Origin: Patescibacteria group bacterium
GTDB taxonomy: Bacteria > Patescibacteriota > Patescibacteriia > JBDRGY01
Direction: 5' to 3'
Length of the DNA: 64,000 nt
NCBI GenBank assembly: GCA_043817315.1
Contig: JBDRGY010000014.1
Coordinates: 8,690-72,689 of the forward strand
Numbering within the stretch: position 1 is the stretch's first letter; each line of letters starts with the position of its first letter. The position numbers and the translations under genes are program-made. The notes under the pieces are model-generated. The model saw only the letters and a list, made by a program, of their open reading frames with translations. It made no database searches and was not told where the DNA came from. Of this stretch, positions 27,681-37,561 are shown piece after piece.

Positions 27681-29966
27681 ATGTCAGAGGCAATTACTCA
27701 GATTAGGAAGAGGGACGGCAGAGTAGTCCCTTTTGATCAGAAGAAGGTCTACGAAGCAATTCGTAAGGCTACAATTGGAGTTGGAAAAGAAAATAAAAGC
27801 CAGGCCAAAAAACTGTCCAAACAAGTTACAGAGCTGATGAAAGAACGGTATCAGGGGGGGGTAATTCCCACCGTGGAAAATGTGCAGGATGTAGTTGAAG
27901 AGATATTGATCAAGAATGAACAAGTGCAGATGGCCCGGGCTTTTATTATTTATAGGCAGAAACACAAAGAAATCAGAGAAATGAAAGCCACTTTGGTAAC
28001 TGATGGTGAAAAAGTGTCAGCCACCTCTAATTCTCTAATTGTCTTGCGCAAAAGATATCTTAAAAAGGATGAAAACGGTAAGCCGACTGAAACCCCCGTA
28101 GATTTATTTAGAAGAGTAGCCAATAATATCGCTTTTGCTGATGAGATGTACAAGACTCTCTACAATCGTGATATAAATGTGGAAGAAACTGCTCGAGCCT
28201 TCTTTAAAATGATGGCCCACCTAGAATTTATGCCCAATTCGCCGACCCTAATGAATGCGGGTCGTGATTTGCAGCAGCTTTCCGCTTGTTTTGTATTACC
28301 GGTGGATGATTCCATAGAGGGAATATTTGAAACCATAAAAAATACAGCTTTAATACACCAATCAGGCGGGGGCACCGGCTTTTCCTTTTCCAGGCTGAGA
28401 CCCAGTGGTGATCGGGTAAAAAGCACCGGAGGTGTCGCCTCAGGACCGGTCTCCTTTATGAAAGTATTTAATTCGGCTACTGAAGCTATAAAGCAAGGAG
28501 GGACCAGAAGGGGAGCCAACATGGGAATACTGAAAGTAGAGCACCCCGATATTCTAGAATTTATTACATCCAAAGCTGACTGTAGCGAATTGAATAATTT
28601 TAACATCTCGGTAGCCCTGACTGACAAGTTTATGAAAGCCCTGGACAAAGATGAAGAGTACGAGCTGATCAATCCCTCCAACAAAGAGATAGCCGATAAA
28701 CTAAAAGCCTCCAAAGTTTTTGATCTAATAGTCGATGGAGCCTGGAAAAACGGTGATCCCGGAATCATTTTTTCCGATCGCATTAACCAGTTTAATCCCA
28801 CTCCGCAAGTAGGTGAGCTTGAATCTACCAATCCTTGCGGCGAACAGCCACTATTGCCTTTTGAATCCTGTAATTTGGGCTCAATCAATCTAGCCAAGAT
28901 GGTCTTGGGGGAAGAGATTGATTGGGAGAAATTAAGGAAGACTGTTCGCAAAGCCGTTCACTTCTTGGATAACGTCATCGATATGAGTCGTTTCCCTCTG
29001 GAAAAAATAGAAGAGATGGTGGAAAGAAATCGAAAGATCGGTCTGGGAGTGATGGGCTGGGCTGATATGCTAGTGCAGCTGGAAATACCTTACAATTCTG
29101 ACAAAGCCTTCAAAATTGCTGAGAAGGTCATGAAATTTATCGACGATACGGCCAAAGAGAAATCGTCTGAATTGGCTGAAGAGAGAGGAATCTTTCCCAA
29201 CTACCCTGGCAGTACTTATGACAAGAAGAAGGACGGGCGAAAAATGCGAAATGCCACAGTCACCACCATTGCCCCTACCGGTACTATTTCCATCATTTCC
29301 GGATGCAGCTCTGGGATTGAACCGTTCTTTGCCATTTCTTTTGTCAGGAAGAATTTATTGGACGAGGGAGATGAGCTGCTCGATGTTAATCCATATTTTG
29401 AGAGAGTAGCCAAGAAAGAAGGATTTTATTCGGAAGAATTGATGCGACGTATCGCTAAGAAGGGGACTATTCACGATTTCGAAGAGATACCAGAGAAATG
29501 GCGTAAAATATTTGTAACCGCTCATGACATTGCTCCTGAGGAACATGTTAAGATGCAAGCCGCTTTCCAAAAATATACGGATAATGCAGTTTCCAAAACC
29601 GTAAATTTTCCCCATGAAGCTACACCCGAAGATGTGCGCAAAGTTTATCTCCTGGCCTATAAATCAGGCTGTAAAGGAGTGACCATTTATCGAGACCGCA
29701 GTCGTGATTTGCAAGTATTAAACATTGAACATGGAGATGACAAGAAAGAGAAAGAAGCCCCGGTCCAGGTTCCTGAGGGAGATGAAGTGACTCTTGATGA
29801 GGTAGCTGTTCCTAAGGCACCGGACCTTAAAGTGAACAACAACAACCATGATCAGCCAATCGATGTTCATAAATTAAAAGTCTGCCCTGAATGCGGAACT
29901 GATCTGCAAATTGCAGAAGGTTGTATCACTTGCCCTTCTTGTGGTTATTCAGCTTGCAGTCTGTAA
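27681..29966 (+). CDS. nrdJ: Class II adenosylcobalamin-dependent ribonucleotide reductase with an N-terminal ATP-cone and a C-terminal zinc ribbon
   Basis: ATP-cone ([22 protein letters not shown]), the class II core ([17 protein letters not shown]) and a C-terminal CPECG...CITCPSCG. The ATG at 27681 is preferred because the track start at 27645 lies inside the upstream terminator. Confidence 0.85.
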   Translation: MSEAITQIRKRDGRVVPFDQKKVYEAIRKATIGVGKENKSQAKKLSKQVTELMKERYQGGVIPTVENVQDVVEEILIKNEQVQMARAFIIYRQKHKEIREMKATLVTDGEKVSATSNSLIVLRKRYLKKDENGKPTETPVDLFRRVANNIAFADEMYKTLYNRDINVEETARAFFKMMAHLEFMPNSPTLMNAGRDLQQLSACFVLPVDDSIEGIFETIKNTALIHQSGGGTGFSFSRLRPSGDRVKSTGGVASGPVSFMKVFNSATEAIKQGGTRRGANMGILKVEHPDILEFITSKADCSELNNFNISVALTDKFMKALDKDEEYELINPSNKEIADKLKASKVFDLIVDGAWKNGDPGIIFSDRINQFNPTPQVGELESTNPCGEQPLLPFESCNLGSINLAKMVLGEEIDWEKLRKTVRKAVHFLDNVIDMSRFPLEKIEEMVERNRKIGLGVMGWADMLVQLEIPYNSDKAFKIAEKVMKFIDDTAKEKSSELAEERGIFPNYPGSTYDKKKDGRKMRNATVTTIAPTGTISIISGCSSGIEPFFAISFVRKNLLDEGDELLDVNPYFERVAKKEGFYSEELMRRIAKKGTIHDFEEIPEKWRKIFVTAHDIAPEEHVKMQAAFQKYTDNAVSKTVNFPHEATPEDVRKVYLLAYKSGCKGVTIYRDRSRDLQVLNIEHGDDKKEKEAPVQVPEGDEVTLDEVAVPKAPDLKVNNNNHDQPIDVHKLKVCPECGTDLQIAEGCITCPSCGYSACSL

Positions 29967-29977
29967 GTATCTTTAAT

Positions 29978-30493
29978 ATGAAAAAAGGTCTAGTCCACAT
30001 TTATACAGGAAACGGAAAAGGAAAGACTACAGCTGCCCTGGGCTTAGCCTTAAGGGCCCTGGGACATAAACAGAAAGTTTGCCTGATTCAGTTTATGAAG
30101 AAGGGTAGTTACGGCGAACTGCGCTCCTTGCAGAAGTTACAGGGGATTACAATAAGACAGTTCGGCACCTCTCAGTTGATCAAAAAGGGCAAAGTAACTG
30201 ATAGAGACAAGAAAGAAGCAGCCGCCGCCCTTAGGTTCGCTGCCAAAACCATCAGTCAAAAGTTTGACCTGGTGATCCTAGATGAAATAATTGTAGCTAT
30301 CCACTTTGGACTGATAGAAGAGCCAAAGGTACTTGAGCTAATTAAGGAAAAACCAAAAACCCTAGAGTTGGTCTTGACAGGACGTAAAGTTTCTGCTAAG
30401 ATAATATCTACCGCTGATTTAGTGACGGAAATGAAGGAAATCAAGCATTATTACCGCCAAGGAGTTACCGCCAGAAAGGGCATAGAATACTAG
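29978..30493 (+). CDS. cobO: Cob(I)alamin adenosyltransferase, CobA/CobO/BtuR family
   Basis: P-loop VHIYTGNGKGKTTAALGLALRALG. The ATG at 29978 is preferred over the track start at 29921, which overlaps the nrdJ 3' end. Confidence 0.75.
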   Translation: MKKGLVHIYTGNGKGKTTAALGLALRALGHKQKVCLIQFMKKGSYGELRSLQKLQGITIRQFGTSQLIKKGKVTDRDKKEAAAALRFAAKTISQKFDLVILDEIIVAIHFGLIEEPKVLELIKEKPKTLELVLTGRKVSAKIISTADLVTEMKEIKHYYRQGVTARKGIEY

Positions 30494-30509
30494 CATCATT
30501 AACAAATAA

Positions 30510-30685
30510 GATAAGGGAAACCGGTGTATCCTGTCATTCGGCAGGAGAGTCCGGTGCGGTCCCGCCACTGTAATCTCGTCTCTTCCTGGGAGGGAAGGAG
30601 GAACCCATTAACCAGCAAGCCACTGTCCGCTCCAGGCGGATGGGAAGGCGGTTAAAGGGACGGGGAAGCCAGGACACCTAAGTTT
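30510..30685 (+). promoter_or_regulatory. Cobalamin (B12) riboswitch aptamer
   Basis: AAGGGAAACCGGTGTATCCTG, then GGTGCGGTCCCGCCACTGTAATC (the conserved CCCGCCACUGU core), then a B12-box-like GAAGCCAGGACACCTAAG, which is the RF00174 arrangement. A decisive test is cmsearch with RF00174. Confidence 0.7.
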
Positions 30686-30696
30686 TTCTCTCTACC

Positions 30697-30755
30697 TTCG
30701 GTCGAAAGGTAAAGCAATTTAGAGACCTTGCTTAAACCGAAGTAAGGTTTTTTTA
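30697..30755 (+). terminator. Riboswitch expression platform: alternative hairpins ending in a terminator-like stem plus U-tract
   Basis: TACCTTCGGTCGAAAGGTA hairpin. CTTCGGT can alternatively pair with ACCGAAG, which is followed by GGTTTTTTT. Confidence 0.4.
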
Positions 30756-30768
30756 AAGGATTAAAGAA

Positions 30769-31233
30769 ATGAAACACAATCTGAAATTTCTCTTTATCAC
30801 TGTCATTGTAGCTGCTGCTGGTTTGGCTGTTATCGGAGGAACCAGTATTCAGGTTAGCAATCAATTAGCAACACTGGTTGACGATGAAGTCGGCCCAATC
30901 GGGGCAGTTGCTGGAGCAGCTGTCAAGGGCCAAGCCAGCTTTATCATCAACTTTGGTGACAAGAGTCGCAGTTTCCAGTTTGAGGTGGATCAGAAAACAA
31001 CTGCCTATCAGTTATTACAAAGGGCCAGCATCAGAGAAAACCTGGTTTTAGAAACTGAAGAGTATAAGGATCTGGGCACAATCGTTGACGGCATCAGCGA
31101 TTACAAAGGCGGCCAAGATGACAATTACTGGATACTGTATGTCAATGGTAAAATGGCCCAAGCTGCTATTGATAAAACCATGGTCAACCCCGACGACAAA
31201 GTGGAACTACGATTTGAACCGAGTCCCTATTAA
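30769..31233 (+). CDS. Secreted DUF4430-like (transcobalamin-like) putative B12-binding protein
   Basis: Signal peptide. The C-terminal YWILYVNGKMAQAAIDKTMVNPDDKVELRFE matches the DUF4430 pattern. It lies directly downstream of the B12 riboswitch. Confidence 0.5.
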   Translation: MKHNLKFLFITVIVAAAGLAVIGGTSIQVSNQLATLVDDEVGPIGAVAGAAVKGQASFIINFGDKSRSFQFEVDQKTTAYQLLQRASIRENLVLETEEYKDLGTIVDGISDYKGGQDDNYWILYVNGKMAQAAIDKTMVNPDDKVELRFEPSPY

Positions 31234-31250
31234 TATTTAAATCGGAGGAA

Positions 31251-31814
31251 ATGATAAATAAAAACAAGCTAATTTTTTCTATCGCCATCATTATCTTTGC
31301 GGTACTATCCCGCATTCTGTTGCGCGATATCCCCAACATAGAAACTATCACTATTACCGCCTTGCTGGCCGGTTCTATTTTAGGCGGAGCCTATGCAGTA
31401 GTAATTCCTCTATCGGCCATTGCCCTAACTGATATCTGGATCGGCAATAATTCTATTATGCTTTTTACTTGGTCGGCCTGGGCCCTAATCGGGCTGATTG
31501 GTTTGATAGCCAAGAAGGACAGAAAAGATTCTTTTAAATACGCTTTCAAATTAACCGGGCTGGGAATGGGTGCCTCGTTGCTTTTTTATTTATGGACCAA
31601 TTTCGGAGTCTGGCTAATGTGGCCCCAGATGTACCCCACTACTTTATCTGGTTTGGGCCAGTGTTATATCATGGGCTTACCATTTCTGAGATACAGCCTA
31701 ATCAGCAATCTTATTTTTATTCCGAGCGTTTCTTTTTGTCTGGTAGCCTGTTTCAAATGGCTGAAGGTTAGAAACAAACTGCCCGAATTAGTTAAATCTA
31801 AAAGAGATATCTAG
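31251..31814 (+). CDS. Small polytopic membrane protein, possible ECF-type S component for cobalamin or a precursor
   Basis: 187 aa with 5-6 TM helices, co-transcribed behind the riboswitch-controlled DUF4430 gene. The assignment is from context only. Confidence 0.3.
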   Translation: MINKNKLIFSIAIIIFAVLSRILLRDIPNIETITITALLAGSILGGAYAVVIPLSAIALTDIWIGNNSIMLFTWSAWALIGLIGLIAKKDRKDSFKYAFKLTGLGMGASLLFYLWTNFGVWLMWPQMYPTTLSGLGQCYIMGLPFLRYSLISNLIFIPSVSFCLVACFKWLKVRNKLPELVKSKRDI

Positions 31815-31816
31815 TT

Positions 31817-32986
31817 ATGCTAAAGAAGAGAGACAATAATAGTGTTTTAGTTTTAGCCCTGATAATCAGTTTTGTAGTAGGGGGGGTATCGGGAGGTGTT
31901 ATCGGATCTCTTACTTCAGGTGTTTTTACAGCCAATAATCAGACCACTACCTCGACCAACAAACAGGTAACTGTTCAAGAAAATTCAGCTACAATCGACG
32001 TAGTTAAAGCAGTTAGCCCCTCGGTGGTTAGTATTGTTATAAGTAAGGACCTGAGCGAAATTTATAGCTTAAATGATCCCTTTGGTTTTTACTACGGATA
32101 TGATATACCCCAAGGACAAACTGAAATAGGGGGAGGAACCGGCTTTATCATCAGTTCCGATGGATTAATCTTGACTAACAGGCATGTGATATCCGACACC
32201 GAGGCAGATTATACAGTGATTACCAACAGTGGGGATAGCTATGAGGCAACTGTTATTGGTACGGACCCTTTTAATGATATTGGAGTGGTTAAGATTGAAG
32301 CTCCCGGATTGGTTCCAGTTCAACTGGGGGATTCAAATGATATCCAGATCGGCCAAACAGTGATTGCCATAGGAAACGCCCTGGCTGAATATAGCAACAC
32401 AGTAACCCGGGGAGTGATTTCCGGTATTAACAGAACTATCACGGCAGGTGACGCCTCGGGCCAGTCTGAAGTTATAGAAGAAGCGATTCAGACTGATGCC
32501 GCTATCAATCCTGGTAATTCAGGCGGTCCTTTGCTTAACATAGAGGGTCAAGTGATTGGTATAAATACAGCCATTAATCAAGCAGGGGAGGCGGTTGGTT
32601 TTGCCATCCCTATCAACGTGGCCAAACCGGTAGTTACCAGTGTAGAACTGTACGGGAGAATCATCAGGCCGATGCTGGGAATTCGTTATCGAGTAATCAC
32701 TTCGGAATTAGCTGAGGCCAATGAATTGTCAGTAGATTACGGAGCCCTCCTAATAACTGGTGATAGCCCGGCCCAAGTAGCGGTTTTACCTGATAGCCCG
32801 GCAGACCTGGCCGGATTAAAAGAGGGTGATATCATTTTAGAGTTTAACGAGCAGCGGATTGACAGCGACAATACCATTGGTGATGAGATTGCCAAATATC
32901 AAGTAGACGAGCAGATAACCCTGAAAGTGCTACGAGATGGCCAGGAATTTGAAGTTAAAGTTACTTTGGCAGAATACGATTTCTAA
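31817..32986 (+). CDS. htrA: HtrA/DegP-family serine protease with a PDZ domain
   Basis: Trypsin-like catalytic triad context (TNRHV, D, GNSGGPL) and a C-terminal PDZ domain. Confidence 0.8.
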   Translation: MLKKRDNNSVLVLALIISFVVGGVSGGVIGSLTSGVFTANNQTTTSTNKQVTVQENSATIDVVKAVSPSVVSIVISKDLSEIYSLNDPFGFYYGYDIPQGQTEIGGGTGFIISSDGLILTNRHVISDTEADYTVITNSGDSYEATVIGTDPFNDIGVVKIEAPGLVPVQLGDSNDIQIGQTVIAIGNALAEYSNTVTRGVISGINRTITAGDASGQSEVIEEAIQTDAAINPGNSGGPLLNIEGQVIGINTAINQAGEAVGFAIPINVAKPVVTSVELYGRIIRPMLGIRYRVITSELAEANELSVDYGALLITGDSPAQVAVLPDSPADLAGLKEGDIILEFNEQRIDSDNTIGDEIAKYQVDEQITLKVLRDGQEFEVKVTLAEYDF

Positions 32987-33068
32987 CAGTCATTTTCTAT
33001 AAATAACCCGACCAGACAGTGGGGTTATTATTATTGTCAAACAGTCAAAAAGATGATAGTTTATAGGT

Positions 33069-34161
33069 ATGAAAGACCTGATAGAAAAAATTAAGGAGTT
33101 GCAGGAAAAAATCTCCAAATTACGGAGGTTACTTTGACCTTGCCAAGAAACAGACTGAACTGAAGGCTCTGGCTATAGAAATGAGCCAGCCTGATTTCTG
33201 GAATAACCCTCAGAAGGCCAAGTCAGTTTCCGAAAAGTTTAACCAGCTAGATGAGGAGGTCAACACTTGGAAAAAGATCGAGCAGGAAACAGATTCGTTG
33301 TTAGGGTTGGCTGAGACTTCGGAACAGGAAAGCGATGATTCGCTAAAAAAAGAGATTACCAGGAAATATCAAGAACTTAATAAGAAATTCAATGACTTAG
33401 AATTTCTTATTTTATTATCCGGCCCCTATGATTCTCATAACGTAATCATGGCTATTCATGCCGGGGCCGGCGGAGTCGATGCCCAGGATTGGGCAGAGAT
33501 GCTGCTGCGTATGTTTTTGCGTTTTGCCGAAAAGAAAAAATGGCCGGTTACTGTATTAGACAAATCTAGCGGTGCCGAGGCTGGTCTCAAATCAGTTTCC
33601 TTAGAAATTAAAGGTCATTACGCCTATGGTTTTCTAAGGAGTGAGGCAGGTGTCCATCGCCTGGTGCGCATCTCTCCCTTTGATGCTGAAAAGATGCGCC
33701 ACACCTCTTTTGCCCTGGTGGAGGTTCTGCCCGAGCTGGAAGAGGTTAATGAAGTTGAGATCAAGCCAGAAGATTTGCGGATAGATGTTTTTCGCTCTTC
33801 AGGACACGGCGGGCAAAGCGTCAACACCACAGATTCGGCTGTTCGCATAGTGCATTTGCCAACTGAGATTACCGTGGTTTGCCGCAACGAGCGCTCCCAG
33901 TCTCAAAACAAGGAAAACGCCATGAAGTATCTAAAAAGCAAGCTACATAAGTTTTATTCGGAAAAAAAGCAGCAGGAGAAGCAGAAAATCAGGGGCGACT
34001 ATCAATCTGCGGAGTGGGGGAGCCAAATTCGCTCTTACGTATTACATCCCTATAAAATGGTTAAAGATCACAGAACCAATCAGGAAACGTCCGATGTTAA
34101 CAAGGTGCTAGATGGCCAAATTGACGACTTTATGGAAGCTTACCTCAGAAAACAACAATAG
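33069..34161 (+). CDS. prfB: Peptide chain release factor 2 with a programmed +1 frameshift at CUU UGA C (33132-33138)
   Basis: Frame 0 reads MKDLIEKIKELQEKISKLRRLL then TGA at 33135-33137. The +1 frame from 33136 continues DLAKKQTELKALAIEMSQPDFW... into the 326-aa ORF with the SPF motif and GGQ (SSGHGGQSVNTT). An SD-like CGGAGG precedes the slippery CTT TGA C. Confidence 0.85.
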
Positions 34162-34294
34162 TGTAGACAGAAAACTGACAGATTATGGCCATTTTTTTTA
34201 CTAAAATTAGCGCAAATATTACATTATCATATTGTTGTGTAGAAAGAAGTTTGACAATTAACTTCAAAAAATTATAATTAAAACAACGAAATAT

Positions 34295-35545
34295 ATGACT
34301 ATTTGCATCTTCGAAGATCAACAATATCAGAAACTTCTCCCACTTTGTTACGGAAGGCCGGTTTACGAGCTTAAAGTGGGGGCCTTTACTTTATTGGAAA
34401 GAATTCTTAACGTTTATCCCAAGGCTAAGTTTTCCCTGCAGAGCCGCCCCTATTTAGCCAACAGCTTAAAGCAACGCTACGGTGATTTATCCATTAATAA
34501 GCTGAGAAATGACGACTATCTATTTATTAACGGATCAATAATCGCTGATAGCAAGCTGCCCAACAAGGTAAAGGAAAAAGGGGCAAATTGTTGTTATCTC
34601 AAAGGCAAAGACCTAATAGCGGCCAGGCTGGACAAAGAAGCCGTTGCTAAGATTGACATGAAAAGAGATTTAGCAGAACAGTTACGGAAACTACCCAAAA
34701 AGAAAATTGCAATTAACAGAATAGAATATCTTTGGGATTTACTCGGCTGGCACCAACAGTTGCTGGCTGAAGATATTAATAACTTGCTCAAAGGCAAAAA
34801 ACCGGCCACCAGGTATCGGGAAGGGGTATTTGTTGTTAATTCCAAAAAAGTGTTCATTGATCGTAACTGTGATATCAAACCAGGTGCCGTCTTGGATGCG
34901 TCAGAGGGGCCCATCTATATCGAGGAGGGAGTGACCATCGGGGCCAATTCAGTATTAACCGGTCCGGTCTACATAGGCTATGATTCCATTATCAATCCTT
35001 TGGCCAGAATTGATCACCATACTTATATCGGACCACTTTGCAAAATCGGCGGAGAAGTTGGCAAGTCAATTATCCAGAGCTATTCCAATAAGCAGCATGA
35101 CGGACATTTGGGTCATGCCTATATTGGTTCCTGGTGTAACTTGGGAGCGGATAGTACAAACTCCGACATGAAAAACAATTACAGTTCGGTAAAAGTGTGG
35201 ACCAACGGCCAGATGCAAGATTCTAAACAAACCTTTGTGGGATTATTTATGGCTGACCACGGCAAATCAGGAATTGGCACCCTGTTTAATACCGGAACAG
35301 TGGTAGGATTCTCCAGCAACGTGGTGGGAGCTGCCGTAACTCCCAAAGCCGTTCCCTCTTTTGGCTGGATAAACCTAGAGGGCCAATCCCAAGAATATGA
35401 TTTAACTAAAGCGATAAAAACAGCAGAAGCAGCCATGAAAAGACGAAAGCAAAAGATGACACCGGCCCTGAGGAGGCTATTCAAAGAAATATTCCAGCTT
35501 TCCCAAGCCGAAAGGAAACAATTACTTCCTAAAATCAATAAGTAG
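34295..35545 (+). CDS. Putative sugar-phosphate nucleotidyltransferase/acyltransferase with a left-handed beta-helix (hexapeptide) domain, GlmU-like
   Basis: Hexapeptide repeats (IGANSVLTGPVYIGYDSIINPLARIDHHTYIGPLCKIGGEVG), immediately upstream of glmS. Confidence 0.45.
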   Translation: MTICIFEDQQYQKLLPLCYGRPVYELKVGAFTLLERILNVYPKAKFSLQSRPYLANSLKQRYGDLSINKLRNDDYLFINGSIIADSKLPNKVKEKGANCCYLKGKDLIAARLDKEAVAKIDMKRDLAEQLRKLPKKKIAINRIEYLWDLLGWHQQLLAEDINNLLKGKKPATRYREGVFVVNSKKVFIDRNCDIKPGAVLDASEGPIYIEEGVTIGANSVLTGPVYIGYDSIINPLARIDHHTYIGPLCKIGGEVGKSIIQSYSNKQHDGHLGHAYIGSWCNLGADSTNSDMKNNYSSVKVWTNGQMQDSKQTFVGLFMADHGKSGIGTLFNTGTVVGFSSNVVGAAVTPKAVPSFGWINLEGQSQEYDLTKAIKTAEAAMKRRKQKMTPALRRLFKEIFQLSQAERKQLLPKINK

Positions 35546-37432
35546 ATGTGCGGAATAATCGGTTACGTCGGTAACCAAAAAACATTACCAGTCTTAATCG
35601 AGGGGTTAAAACGACTAGAATATCGCGGCTACGATTCAGCCGGAGTAGCCTTAACTGATGCCGGCAATATTTTTATTACCAGGTCAGAGGGAAAGATAGC
35701 AGAATTGGAAAAGAAATTAGTAAACAAGGAACAAGACAGTGTTTCGGGCATTGCTCATACTCGTTGGGCCACTCATGGTATTCCTTCCGAAGCGAATGCC
35801 CATCCGCAAACCGATTGCCAAGAGGAAATCGCCGTGGTTCATAACGGCATCGTGGAAAACTACGAGGAATTAAAAACCGGATTAATCAAGAACGGGCACC
35901 AGTTTAATAGTGAAACAGATACAGAGGTGCTGGCTCATTTGATAGAGGAGGCTTATCAGGAAGGAGTTCCTCTGGAAAAAGCGGTAACCTGTGCCTTGGT
36001 GGGAGAATCGGGCCGTAGAGTAATCGGTACCTATGGCTTGGTGGTAACTTCAAAAAGGGAGCCGGGTAAACTGGTAGCGGCTCGTTTGGGCAGTCCCTTG
36101 GTTTTGGGCGTAGGACCAGATGGCAGCCATTTTATTGCCTCAGATATTTCGGCTTTTCTGGAACACACTGACCAGGTGGTTTATTTAGAAGATGGAGACA
36201 TCGTAGTCATAGAAGCGGATCGGCACAAAGTCATTCACCAGGAAAACGGATCTGCCCTAAGGTGCATCAATAAGATTGATTGGGACTTAGCTCAGATCCA
36301 AAAGGGCGGCTACGACCATTTTATGTTGAAAGAGATTATGGAACAGCCCGCCAGCATTGCCAGGACTATAACTGGCCGGTTATTGGGCAAGGAAGGTCGG
36401 GTTCGGCTGGGTGGAATTGAACGAGCCCAACAAAAAGAATATCAGAAAAAATTAATCAACCTGGAAAGTATAGACAAGATAGATCTTCTGGCTTGTGGCA
36501 CCTCTTGGCATGCCGGACTTATTGGCTCTTTTATATTTGAGAGGATGCTGGGAATCCCTTGTTCGGCCCAGTATGCTTCCGAATATCGTTATCGTCAGCC
36601 TGTGATTGATGATAAAACACTTGCTATAGCTATTTCTCAATCGGGCGAGACTACCGATACTCTAGAGGCCCTGAGGGAGGCCAAGAAAAAGGGGGCGGTT
36701 CCTTTTGGTATCGTCAATGTGGTTGGTTCCACTATTGCCCGGGAAACTGGTATCGGAATCTATACTCACGCCGGTCCGGAAATCGGGGTTGCCTCCACCA
36801 AAGCCTTCACCTCCCAGGTGGTTACTTTGCTATTACTGGCTTTGTATTGGGGCAGAAACAGAAACAACCTGACAGCTCATCGAGCCAAAGAAATTATTAA
36901 GGCTCTGCAGCAGTTACCAGACCAGGCAAAAAGTATTCTGGATAATCATCAAAAGGTTAAAGAGTTGGCTAAGAAATTTAAAGATTTTCATAACTTTCTT
37001 TACCTGGGGCGAGGCTATAACTATCCAACTGCTCTAGAAGGCGCTTTGAAATTAAAAGAGATTTCCTACATTCACGCTGAGGGTTATCCAGCGGCCGAGA
37101 TGAAACATGGTCCCATTGCCCTGATTGATCCCCGAATGCCGGTGGTTTTCATTGCCCCCAAAGACAACGAAGGCCCCACTTACGAAAAGATATTGAGCAA
37201 TATTGAAGAGGTTAAAGCCAGAAAAGGCACGGTGATTGCCGTAGCCACCGAGGGAGATAAATTAATCGCCGATAAAGTTGATGACGTCATTTACATCCCC
37301 AGTACTGAAGCGATGTTGACCCCAATTTTGGCAGTTATCCCTTTACAACTTTTAGCTTATTATATTGCCGTATCCAGGGGCTGTGATGTGGATCAGCCCA
37401 GGAATTTGGCTAAAAGTGTGACAGTGGAATAA
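35546..37432 (+). CDS. glmS: Glutamine--fructose-6-phosphate aminotransferase
   Basis: N-terminal MCGIIGYVG (Ntn Cys), two SIS domains and a C-terminal ...KSVTVE. Confidence 0.95.
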   Translation: MCGIIGYVGNQKTLPVLIEGLKRLEYRGYDSAGVALTDAGNIFITRSEGKIAELEKKLVNKEQDSVSGIAHTRWATHGIPSEANAHPQTDCQEEIAVVHNGIVENYEELKTGLIKNGHQFNSETDTEVLAHLIEEAYQEGVPLEKAVTCALVGESGRRVIGTYGLVVTSKREPGKLVAARLGSPLVLGVGPDGSHFIASDISAFLEHTDQVVYLEDGDIVVIEADRHKVIHQENGSALRCINKIDWDLAQIQKGGYDHFMLKEIMEQPASIARTITGRLLGKEGRVRLGGIERAQQKEYQKKLINLESIDKIDLLACGTSWHAGLIGSFIFERMLGIPCSAQYASEYRYRQPVIDDKTLAIAISQSGETTDTLEALREAKKKGAVPFGIVNVVGSTIARETGIGIYTHAGPEIGVASTKAFTSQVVTLLLLALYWGRNRNNLTAHRAKEIIKALQQLPDQAKSILDNHQKVKELAKKFKDFHNFLYLGRGYNYPTALEGALKLKEISYIHAEGYPAAEMKHGPIALIDPRMPVVFIAPKDNEGPTYEKILSNIEEVKARKGTVIAVATEGDKLIADKVDDVIYIPSTEAMLTPILAVIPLQLLAYYIAVSRGCDVDQPRNLAKSVTVE

Positions 37433-37457
37433 AAAATAATTTTCTATTGCCTGACAG

Positions 37458-37478
37458 AACCCCATTTAGGGGTTTTTT
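37458..37478 (+). terminator. Rho-independent terminator after glmS
   Basis: AACCCC-ATTTA-GGGGTT followed by TTTTT. Confidence 0.5.
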
Positions 37479-37561
37479 GGTTAATTATTGACAAATTAGC
37501 AATAAGAGTTAAGATATTAAACCCACCAGTTAGAATTGGGCATCCAAAAAGGAGGTGTACC

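Noticed and set aside
28160-28951. 263-aa antisense ORF within nrdJ, and many 60-120-aa antisense ORFs within the giant genes (for example 16332-16604, 19137-19427, 8256-8471)
   Set aside because: They are embedded antisense in strongly supported coding regions. This is a compositional artefact.
29921-29977. Track start of the adenosyltransferase gene at 29921, overlapping the nrdJ 3' end
   Set aside because: The N-terminal 19 residues are not family-like. The ATG at 29978 gives the canonical MKKGLVHIYTGNGKGKT start right after the nrdJ stop.
30618-30626. Second GCCACTG motif 55 nt downstream of the first, considered as a tandem second riboswitch
   Set aside because: Only one GGGAA/GGTG 5' core and one B12-box are present. 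The second GCCACTG most likely lies in the variable peripheral region of the same aptamer.
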